Of a DNA stretch of 64,000 nt, positions 56,719-64,000 are shown piece after piece (position 1 is the first letter of the stretch; each line of letters begins with the position of its first letter). A program made the translations under genes and the position numbers. Source of the stretch: Phycisphaerales bacterium (lineage in GTDB: Bacteria; Planctomycetota; Phycisphaerae; Phycisphaerales; UBA1924); NCBI GenBank assembly GCA_044222485.1, contig JBGAND010000020.1, forward strand, positions 17,907 to 81,906, given 5' to 3'. Under the pieces are notes generated by a model. It saw only the letters and a program-made list of their open reading frames with translations. It was not told where the DNA came from and did not search any database.

Positions 56719-58874
56719 TGCGGCGAGGCGTCATTGTGTGGGGTGCGTTGGCGGCATTCGGAGCCGCGGCGGCGCAGGCCCAGGTGCTGATCGCAGGGAA
56801 GCCGTATCAGAAGCTGGAGACGCGGGGGCAGACGCGTGATGCGTTGATGAAGCAGTTGACAGGTGTGAGCGCGGATTGGGGTGCGTGGAACTTGCTGGCG
56901 CCGCTGGATCATCCGCAAGGTGCGAAGAACATCGATGCGAAGTTTCCCGTTGAGGACCAACTGGGGAAGATGAAGGTGGGTGGTGCGGGGCCGGACTTGC
57001 GTTCGGAGTACGTGGGCAAGGGTGGAAAGCAGCTTGCGTGGAAGACGGTGGATGTGTCGAACGCGATCGGTGGGAACGGGGGCGCGGGGCCGGTGAATTT
57101 GGCCGCGGGATTGGCGAAGGAGGAGTCGGGGAACGCGATGGGGTACCTGTATCGAGCGATCGCTGCGGATCGGGATATGGAGATGCCGGTGGTGATCGGG
57201 GCGGATGATGGGTTGCGGCTGTGGCTCAACGGCGAACTGCTGGTGGATGAGAACAAAGAGCAGGCGCTGGACCCGCAGGCGTATCGGCGGGTGCTGAAAC
57301 TCAAGAAGGGTGTGAACCACCTGCTGGTGAAGGTGAGCCAGGGGAATGGGGAGTGGCAGTTTCAGATGGCGCAGGAACTGGAGCTGGACCCGATCGCGGA
57401 TGCGGCGCTTGAGTATCAGCTTGATCAGGACTTTCCGGATGCGGAGTCCAAGTACTACAAGCTGGTGACGATCGCGGCCCCAAAGGGTGTGAGCCTGGAG
57501 GTTGGGGGAATCGACCTCTTGCCGTCGGGCGATCCGATCGTGTGCACGCGGCGGGGGGATGTGTACGTGGTGCGCGGGGCGTATGGGATTCCGGCGCTCT
57601 CTGCGAAGTTTGAGCTGTTTGCGTCGGGGTTGCAGGAGCCGCTGGGGCTGTCGGTGCGACCGGGAGATGCGGGCGGCACGGATGTGTACATGGCTCAGCG
57701 GAGTGAGCTGACGCTATTGAGAGATACGGATGGCGACGGCCGCGCGGATGTGTTCAAGACGGTGTGCGACGCGTGGCAGATCTCGGGGAACTATCACGAG
57801 TACGCGTTCGGGCCGAAGTTCGATCGCGACGGGTTTGCGCGGGTGAACCTGAACCTGGCGCACACGGGTGGCGAGACGGTGATGGGGACGAAGATCCCGA
57901 CGCGTGGCTGCACCGTCAAGGTCGATGTGAAGTCGGGGGAGATGACGATTGTTGGGGATGGGCTGCGGTCACCGGATGGGATCGGCATGAACGCGGCTGG
58001 CGATGTGTTTTACACAGACAACCAGGGGGATTACGTCGCGACCAACAAGCTGTGCCATGTGAAGCAGGGGGCATTCTTTGGACACCAGGCGAGTTTGAAG
58101 TATCGCGAGGGTTGGGAGAATTGGAAGAAGGATGGCAAGGCGGTGCCGGAGATTACGGTGCCGGCGGTGTGGTTTCCGTATAAGAAGATGGGGCAGAGTG
58201 CGTCGGACATCGTGTTCGATAATTCGCAGTGGAAGTTCGGTCCCTTTAGCGGACAGGCGTTCGTTGGAGATCAGACCACTGCCGAGATCTTCCGTGTGTT
58301 CTTGGAGCAGGTGACGGATGCATCGGGGCGGACGGAGTATCAGGGGGCGTGTTTCCCGTTCCGGCGCGGGCTGGCGTCGGGCGTGCATCGGATGGTGTTT
58401 AACCGGCCGCCGGAGTTGTCCGGAGAGTTGGCCCCGGCTTCGCTCTTTGTGGGACTGACGGATCGCGGGTGGGGCTCGACGGGACCCAAGCGTGAGGGGT
58501 TGCAGCGGCTGATGTGGACCGGGCAAGTGCCGTTTGAGATTCAGGAAATGAAGGTAAGACCGGATGGGTTTGAGCTGGTGTACACGCTGGAAGTGGGGGA
58601 AGAGGCATTGCAGGCCGCGGCGTATCGGATGACGAGCTATACGTATGAGTATCACCCGGACTACGGCTCGGATGAGAAAGACACGGCCGAGGTGAAGATC
58701 ACGAGTGTGGAGCGGACGGGGGCCAACTCGGTGAGGCTTCATGTGGAGAAGTTACGGACGGGGCCAATGGGATACGTGCACGAGCTGCACGCGAGCGGGG
58801 TGAAGGCGGCGGGCGGCGAGGCGTTGCTGCACGATGTGGCGTATTACACGATTCAGCGGGTGCCGGTGAAGTAG
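56715..58874 (+). CDS. exported PA14-domain plus beta-propeller (dehydrogenase-like) protein, paralog 1
   Basis: Signal peptide MMRRGVIVWGALAAFGAAAAQAQ. PA14-like IGADDGLRLWLNGELLVDE. Propeller-like FASGLQEPLGLSV...LLRDTDGDGRADVF...SGNYHEYAFGPKFDRDG...DGLRSPDGIGMNAAGDVFYTDNQGDY. ATGA overlap with the cytochrome gene. Confidence 0.8.
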   Translation: MMRRGVIVWGALAAFGAAAAQAQVLIAGKPYQKLETRGQTRDALMKQLTGVSADWGAWNLLAPLDHPQGAKNIDAKFPVEDQLGKMKVGGAGPDLRSEYVGKGGKQLAWKTVDVSNAIGGNGGAGPVNLAAGLAKEESGNAMGYLYRAIAADRDMEMPVVIGADDGLRLWLNGELLVDENKEQALDPQAYRRVLKLKKGVNHLLVKVSQGNGEWQFQMAQELELDPIADAALEYQLDQDFPDAESKYYKLVTIAAPKGVSLEVGGIDLLPSGDPIVCTRRGDVYVVRGAYGIPALSAKFELFASGLQEPLGLSVRPGDAGGTDVYMAQRSELTLLRDTDGDGRADVFKTVCDAWQISGNYHEYAFGPKFDRDGFARVNLNLAHTGGETVMGTKIPTRGCTVKVDVKSGEMTIVGDGLRSPDGIGMNAAGDVFYTDNQGDYVATNKLCHVKQGAFFGHQASLKYREGWENWKKDGKAVPEITVPAVWFPYKKMGQSASDIVFDNSQWKFGPFSGQAFVGDQTTAEIFRVFLEQVTDASGRTEYQGACFPFRRGLASGVHRMVFNRPPELSGELAPASLFVGLTDRGWGSTGPKREGLQRLMWTGQVPFEIQEMKVRPDGFELVYTLEVGEEALQAAAYRMTSYTYEYHPDYGSDEKDTAEVKITSVERTGANSVRLHVEKLRTGPMGYVHELHASGVKAAGGEALLHDVAYYTIQRVPVK

Positions 58875-58884
58875 GGGATCGCAG

Positions 58885-61047
58885 ATGAACGGACGCATGG
58901 TGGGTGTGGTCGCGGCGATGCTGGGCGTGTGCGCGGCGGCGGTTGCCCAGGGGCCCGAGACGATCAAGGTCGGCAAGGTTGAGTACAAGAAGCTCGGCTC
59001 GCGCGAGGCGACTGAGAAGCGGATGATGCAGCTCTTGAACCCGTCGCCGGCGCACTGGGGCGATTGGTACATGCTGACACCGTTCCCGTACGACCCCAAG
59101 GGTCCCAAGCTGGCGGATGCGGCGCCGCCGGAGGCGGAGCTTGTGAAGATGAAGGCGGGCGGGCCCGGGCCGGACTTGAAGAAGGAATACGTCGGCAAGA
59201 AGAACACGCCGGTGGTATGGCGGCCAGTGGGCGATATCTCTAATCGCGTCATCGACTTCAAGATTTTCGACGACAAGGAGCTGGGGGATTACTGCGCCGG
59301 GTATCTCTACGGCACCGTCGAGTGTGAGAAGGCGATGACGGTGGATGTGACGATGGGTTCAGATGACGGGCTGCGGTTCTGGCTCAATGGCAGGCTGCTG
59401 GTGGATAAGGATGTGCCGCGGGGTCTGGATGCGGAGGAGGACAAGGTTCGGCTGGATTTTCAACAGGGTGTGAACCACATCCTGCTGAAGGTGTCGCAGA
59501 TCAAGGGCGGGTACGAGTACCAGATCAACAGCAAGGTGCCGATGGATGGGTTTCTGGAGACGCAGCTTCAGTACTTGCTGGATCGGGACTTTCCGCGCGC
59601 TTCGGAGGATCGATACTACAGGGCGTTGACGATCGCGACGCCGCCGGAGGTCGTGCTGGAAGTGGGGGGCATGGATGTGCTGCCGCCCAATGAGAAGGGT
59701 GAGTGCCTGCCGATCGTGTGTACGCGGCGGGGGGATGTGTTCATTGTCGAGGGGGCGTACGACGATCCGCCGTTTGGTGCGAAGTTCAAGAAGTTTGCCT
59801 CGGGATTGCACGAGCCGCTGGGGTTGGCGGTGCGCGTTGAGAATGGCGTGACCGCGGTGTATTGCACGCAGCGCGGCGAGATCACGCGGATGACGGATAC
59901 GAACGGGGATGGTGTCGCGGATAGGTACAGCACGTTCGCGGATGGATGGGGCGTGTCGGGCAACTATCACGAGTTCGCGTTCGGGCCGAAGTTCGATCGC
60001 GAGGGCAACGCGTGGGTGACGCTGAACGTGGGGTTCTGCGATGCGCTGGGCAAGTCGATCGTGCCGTACCGGGGATGGTCGCTGAGGTTCTCGCCGGATG
60101 GGAAGATGACGCCCGTGAGCGATGGGCTGCGGTCACCCAATGGGATGGGAGAGTTCACGGATGGTGCGATGTTCTACCTGGACAACCAGGGGGATTACGT
60201 CGGCACGAATCGGATGACGCAGCTTGTGCCGGGGTCGTTCGCGGGGCATCCGGCGACTTTGGGTTGGCGATCAAACTGGAAGAAGGGTGATCCGATGCCG
60301 CCCATTCAGCCCGCATCGGTCTGGTTCCCGTATAAGAAGATGGGGCAGTCGGTGGCGGACTTCCTGCTGTATGACACGGCGGGGAATCAGGCTTCGGCGA
60401 GCGTTAACGCGGCCTTGAAGGCGGAGAAGTTCGGGCCGTTTGCGGGCCAGGTTTTCTGCGGCGATCAGACGTTGTGCATGGTGAACCGAGTGTGTCTGGA
60501 GAAAGTGGACGGCCACTATCAGGGTGCCTGCATCCCGTTCCGTTGGAACCTGGACTGCGGTGTGAACCGTCTGTGCTGGGCGGGCGACGGATCCATGTTC
60601 GTTGGCCAGACCGATCGCGGGTGGGGTTCCACAGGTCGCCTGCGGCAGGGTCTGCAGCGGATTGTGTGGACAGGTCAGACCCCGTTTGAACTGCTGACCA
60701 TGAAGATCACGGATGACGGGTTTCTGTTGAACTTCACCGAAGACGTCGATGCCGCGGCCGCGGGAAGCCCGGATTCATATGCCATGGTCAGCTACACGTA
60801 CGAGCACCACCCCGAATACGGCTCTGACGAAATGGACAAGGCGAGGCAAAAGATCGCGGCGGTTGATGTGGTGGATGCCCGGACGGTGAAACTGCACGTG
60901 GACAAACTGCGTGGCGGGGGGATGGGGTACGTCCACGAGTTGGCGCTGCCGGGTGTGAAAAACGCCAAGGGAAACACCCTGCTTCACCCCGTGGCGTACT
61001 ACACGGTGCAGAAGATTCCCGGCCGGGCGGCCGCCAACGCGAACTAA
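58885..61047 (+). CDS. exported PA14-domain plus beta-propeller (dehydrogenase-like) protein, paralog 2
   Basis: Colinear with paralog 1: MGSDDGLRFWLNGRLLVDK, FASGLHEPLGLAV, MTDTNGDGVADRY, SGNYHEFAFGPKFDREG, DGLRSPNGMGEFTDGAMFYLDNQGDY. Confidence 0.8.
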   Translation: MNGRMVGVVAAMLGVCAAAVAQGPETIKVGKVEYKKLGSREATEKRMMQLLNPSPAHWGDWYMLTPFPYDPKGPKLADAAPPEAELVKMKAGGPGPDLKKEYVGKKNTPVVWRPVGDISNRVIDFKIFDDKELGDYCAGYLYGTVECEKAMTVDVTMGSDDGLRFWLNGRLLVDKDVPRGLDAEEDKVRLDFQQGVNHILLKVSQIKGGYEYQINSKVPMDGFLETQLQYLLDRDFPRASEDRYYRALTIATPPEVVLEVGGMDVLPPNEKGECLPIVCTRRGDVFIVEGAYDDPPFGAKFKKFASGLHEPLGLAVRVENGVTAVYCTQRGEITRMTDTNGDGVADRYSTFADGWGVSGNYHEFAFGPKFDREGNAWVTLNVGFCDALGKSIVPYRGWSLRFSPDGKMTPVSDGLRSPNGMGEFTDGAMFYLDNQGDYVGTNRMTQLVPGSFAGHPATLGWRSNWKKGDPMPPIQPASVWFPYKKMGQSVADFLLYDTAGNQASASVNAALKAEKFGPFAGQVFCGDQTLCMVNRVCLEKVDGHYQGACIPFRWNLDCGVNRLCWAGDGSMFVGQTDRGWGSTGRLRQGLQRIVWTGQTPFELLTMKITDDGFLLNFTEDVDAAAAGSPDSYAMVSYTYEHHPEYGSDEMDKARQKIAAVDVVDARTVKLHVDKLRGGGMGYVHELALPGVKNAKGNTLLHPVAYYTVQKIPGRAAANAN

Positions 61048-61144
61048 CTGATGGGTGGGGCTGAATAGGTATTGCTCTGAGAGCAGTTGTTGCTATCTTG
61101 GAAGCGTCGTGCGCCCAGCGAGCGTCGGCACAGGGAGCTTGAAC

Positions 61145-62857
61145 ATGAAACTGAATCGAGTTGTGGCGGCGGCCGCGGTTGCGGCGCTGGCGGGTACGGC
61201 GTTTGGACAGACGGACCTGGTGACCAATGGTGATTTTGAGACCGGGAGTTTTTCCGGTTGGACGCAGTTTGGAGACCTCCAGTACACGGCCGTGCAGACG
61301 GCTACCCGGCACAGCGGGACGTACGGAGGGCAGTTTGGCCCGGTGATTCTGGGCGGCGGCGGCATCACCCAGACGATCGCGGCGACGGCGGGTCAGCAGG
61401 TTTTGGTGAGCTTCTGGTATCAGGCGCAGGTTGGGGGAACGGCAAACAACTCGTTTGACTGCACGTTTGACGGCGTGTCGCTGGTGAACTACGTCAACGA
61501 CACCACGCACACGGCGTGGACTGAGCACAACTTTCTGGTGACAGTCGCCAACAACAACCCGGCCCTGCAGTTCACATTCCTCAACGTGCCGTCATACGAC
61601 TATCTGGACGATGTGCATGTGTACTCGGACGGGTTCGGCTCGTGCTGCCTGGGGGATGGGACGTGCACGGTGAAGACCGCGGCGGGCTGCACGGCGGCCG
61701 CGGGCACGTACGCGGGCAACGGCTCTTCGTGCGCGACGACGGTGTGCCACACCGGCGCGTGCTGTCTGGCGGATGGCTCGTGTGTGGTGACCGGGGCGGG
61801 CGGTTGCCAAGCTCGGAACGGAATCTACCGGGGTGACGACACGAGTTGCGGCTCGGCCAACTGTGTGCCGCAGACGTTTGTGTCTGTGGGGCTGAACTGG
61901 AACTTCAACGGGATGGTGCACGGGTCGGCCGAGCAGGGACAGGCCAACCACGACAATCCCAACGGGTACCGGTCGGTTGCGGATCGCGGGCTGCTGCTTG
62001 ATGGGGCCGCGGGCGCGATCAACGCGGGGCCGATCGTGGATGCGGACTTCATGCCGTTCACGCTGGTGTCGCAGTCGGGCGTGCTGGACATCGTGCACTT
62101 GGGTGACCGGCAGTACGTGGCCAACAGTGCGCGGGCCTGGGGCACGGGGACAGAGAACGGCCTGCAGCCGACGTGGCTGCCTGTGTCGAACCAGGAAGGG
62201 CCGCAGGTCAGCAACGTGCTGGCCATGAACGCGACGTTTACGCCGCAGGCGAGCCTGGGTGTGCTGTATCAGATTTCTGACTCCGGCGGTCGGTTTGACA
62301 TGGTGCTGACGTTTGCCGACAGCTCGACAGCGACGGTCACGCTTCGGGCTCCGGATTGGTACGGTGACCAGAGCCCGCCCGCTCCTGCCGTTGGCTCAGG
62401 CCTGGCGGCGCAGCGGAAGTTGGGTGTGTACACCGGGACCGGTCAGACGGACCTGGCCAATGCGAACAACCCGCTGAACGTGACCGAAGCGGTGGTGAAT
62501 GTGAACAGCCTGCAGGCCGCGGGGCTGGGGAACTTTGCGGGTAAGAAGCTCGCGTCGATCACGTTCCAAAACCCGGTGTCGAACGCCAACTACGCGAACT
62601 CGACACCGGCGAACGGGTCGGGGATTGCGATCATCGCGGCGAGCCTGGGCGGCGTGACCACGTCCGCCGCGTGCTACGCCAACTGCGACGGGAGCACATC
62701 CAACCCGCTGCTGACGGCCAATGACTTCCAGTGTTTCCTGAACTTCTACGCCGCAGCCAACCCGATCGCCAACTGCGACGGCAGCACGGGGAATCCGCTG
62801 TTGACGGCCAACGATTTCCAGTGCTTCTTGAACAAGTACGCGATTGGGTGCTCGTGA
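61145..62857 (+). CDS. secreted protein: CBM-like jelly-roll N-domain, two Cys-rich repeats, unknown middle domain, C-terminal dockerin-like module
   Basis: ATG 61145 gives MKLNRVVAAAAVAALAGTAFGQ (a signal peptide). LVTNGDFETGSFSGWTQFG is typical of CBM4/9-like modules. Cys-rich repeats at 61643-61864. The tail ends ...ANCDGSTGNPLLTANDFQCFLNKYAIGCS. Confidence 0.8.
   Translation: MKLNRVVAAAAVAALAGTAFGQTDLVTNGDFETGSFSGWTQFGDLQYTAVQTATRHSGTYGGQFGPVILGGGGITQTIAATAGQQVLVSFWYQAQVGGTANNSFDCTFDGVSLVNYVNDTTHTAWTEHNFLVTVANNNPALQFTFLNVPSYDYLDDVHVYSDGFGSCCLGDGTCTVKTAAGCTAAAGTYAGNGSSCATTVCHTGACCLADGSCVVTGAGGCQARNGIYRGDDTSCGSANCVPQTFVSVGLNWNFNGMVHGSAEQGQANHDNPNGYRSVADRGLLLDGAAGAINAGPIVDADFMPFTLVSQSGVLDIVHLGDRQYVANSARAWGTGTENGLQPTWLPVSNQEGPQVSNVLAMNATFTPQASLGVLYQISDSGGRFDMVLTFADSSTATVTLRAPDWYGDQSPPAPAVGSGLAAQRKLGVYTGTGQTDLANANNPLNVTEAVVNVNSLQAAGLGNFAGKKLASITFQNPVSNANYANSTPANGSGIAIIAASLGGVTTSAACYANCDGSTSNPLLTANDFQCFLNFYAAANPIANCDGSTGNPLLTANDFQCFLNKYAIGCS
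62672..62854 (+). repeat. dockerin-like tandem module, copy 2 of 3
   Basis: CYANCDGSTSNPLLTANDFQCFLNFYAAANPIANCDGSTGNPLLTANDFQCFLNKYAIGCS. Confidence 0.85.
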
Positions 62858-62861
62858 TGGA

Positions 62862-63896
62862 GTGACCGTGCAGACCAAGCTCCGAGAATTCGCATCATTG
62901 GCGGCAGGCCTTTTCGCGGCGGCAGGGGCGTGTTTGGCCCAACCCGCGGGTCCGATCGTGGGCTTTGGCGAAAACACATGGGGCCAACTGAATATCCCGC
63001 CGGGTAACTTCGTCGCCGTGACGGGGACTGCGGGTACCGTCGTCGGGATCCGCGCCGACCGGACATTGCAGGCTTGGGGAGCGGCCACCCCGCCGGAGCT
63101 CAACGTCCCTTCCGGGACTTTCAAGGCCATCGATGGCGGGGCCAATCACTACCTGGGAATTCGGACCGATGGCACCCTGGTCGGCTGGGGATACAACTTT
63201 TTCGGCGAGGCTTCCGTCCCACCGGGTACCTTCATAAAGGTGTCAGCGGGGAACAAGCACGGCGTGGGAGTGCGCACCGACGGATCGATCGCCTATTGGG
63301 GGCTCTCGTACGGCGGCACGATCCCGACGGGGAACGACTTTGTCGATGTGGCCGCGGGGCTGGAGTTCAGCGCTGCGCTTCATGCCAACGGCACGATCGA
63401 GGTGTGGGGCTCCGGTTCGCCCGGTGTCCCGGCCGGCGGCCCGTTCGTGCAGATTGGTGCGGGACATGTGTTCCTAGCTGGGCTTGGTGTCGATGGCATT
63501 GTCAGGATGATTGGGAATGGGCCAGCGCTGGGAAATTTGGCGTCAACCCCTGTGGTGACGATGGCAACGATGGAGTTTGCGATCCTAGCTCTCAAGCCGA
63601 ACGGCGAGCTTACGGGCGATTCGTCGACGGTGACGATAGTGCCTGCAGGCACCTTTGTGGCGATCGGATTGAATGCTGGGGATAGCAATTTTGCTATCTC
63701 TGGCAGGCCCTGTTACGCGAATTGCGATGGTAACACAAATTCGCCTCTACTTACCGCGAATGATTTTCAGTGCTTCCTCAATGCGTTTGCTTCTTCGTTG
63801 GCAATTGCAAACTGCGACAACAGCACGGTTTCGCCGGTTCTGACCGCGAATGATTTTCAGTGCTTCTTGGACAAGTACGCGATTGGGTGCTCGTAA
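62862..63896 (+). CDS. secreted RCC1-like repeat (beta-propeller) protein with C-terminal dockerin-like module
   Basis: GTG 62862 lies 4 nt after the previous stop and gives (M)TVQTKLREFASLAAGLFAAAGACLAQP (a signal peptide). Repeats such as GGANHYLGIRTDGTLVGWGYNFFGEASVPPGTF. The tail ends ...ANCDNSTVSPVLTANDFQCFLDKYAIGCS. Confidence 0.8.
   Translation: MTVQTKLREFASLAAGLFAAAGACLAQPAGPIVGFGENTWGQLNIPPGNFVAVTGTAGTVVGIRADRTLQAWGAATPPELNVPSGTFKAIDGGANHYLGIRTDGTLVGWGYNFFGEASVPPGTFIKVSAGNKHGVGVRTDGSIAYWGLSYGGTIPTGNDFVDVAAGLEFSAALHANGTIEVWGSGSPGVPAGGPFVQIGAGHVFLAGLGVDGIVRMIGNGPALGNLASTPVVTMATMEFAILALKPNGELTGDSSTVTIVPAGTFVAIGLNAGDSNFAISGRPCYANCDGNTNSPLLTANDFQCFLNAFASSLAIANCDNSTVSPVLTANDFQCFLDKYAIGCS
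63711..63893 (+). repeat. dockerin-like tandem module, copy 3 of 3
   Basis: CYANCDGNTNSPLLTANDFQCFLNAFASSLAIANCDNSTVSPVLTANDFQCFLDKYAIGCS. The last ~25 nt (aagtacgcgattgggtgctcgt) are identical to the end of the preceding gene. Confidence 0.85.
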
Positions 63897-63930
63897 TCGG
63901 CAAATGAGTTTTCGATAACCTGAAACCGCG

Positions 63931-63959
63931 CCCGCGACTCGCATGTCGCGGGTGTTTTT
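63931..63959 (+). terminator. intrinsic terminator
   Basis: CCCGCGAC-TCGCAT-GTCGCGGG followed by TGTTTTT, 35 nt after the stop at 63896. Confidence 0.8.
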
Positions 63960-64000
63960 CATTGCCAAGGAAGGCCCGGGGCCTACACTGGCTTGATGCA

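Overview
GC-rich bacterial chromosomal segment with strong third-position GC bias. The gene content looks like Planctomycetota, possibly Phycisphaerae-like; this is inferred from the DUF1800/DUF1501 pair, an alternative complex III plus caa3 oxidase cluster, exported PA14/cytochrome c proteins and dockerin-like tails ending in Gly-Cys. Coding density is high. Many long ORFs in the track are antisense shadows or artificial N-terminal extensions, so I re-derived starts by hand.

Layout:
- 1-5653: mfd (partial and absent from the track), comEA-like gene, GH10-like protein, purC.
- 5674-17703: a minus-strand six-gene operon (three SPFH/band-7 proteins, an ABC ATPase, a giant ABC-2 permease, a 658-aa orphan), plus a divergent second ABC-2 permease.
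- 17707-21354: GT4 glycosyltransferase, a 55-aa DUF1328 gene missing from the track, tRNA-Leu(GAG), and an RCC1-like protein with a dockerin-like tail.
- 21368-25724: DUF1501, DUF1800, ctaA.
- 25935-41566: a 13-gene respiratory supercluster, actABCDEF, small His-rich protein, SCO1, coxBACD, orphan.
- 41542-52098: housekeeping genes (rdgB, PfkB kinase, tsaC/sua5, icd-like, rpiA, ALDH7-like, TolC-like), REP-like palindromes, a codon-atypical islet and a 630-bp non-coding gap.
- 52343-63959: an exported SH3-like protein, then a terminator-bracketed five-gene unit of exported proteins (5-haem cytochrome c lipoprotein, two PA14/beta-propeller paralogs, two dockerin-tailed proteins).

I saw no rRNA, CRISPR array, transposase or integrase. 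Coordinates of features not in the ORF track were counted by hand and may be off by 1-2 nt.
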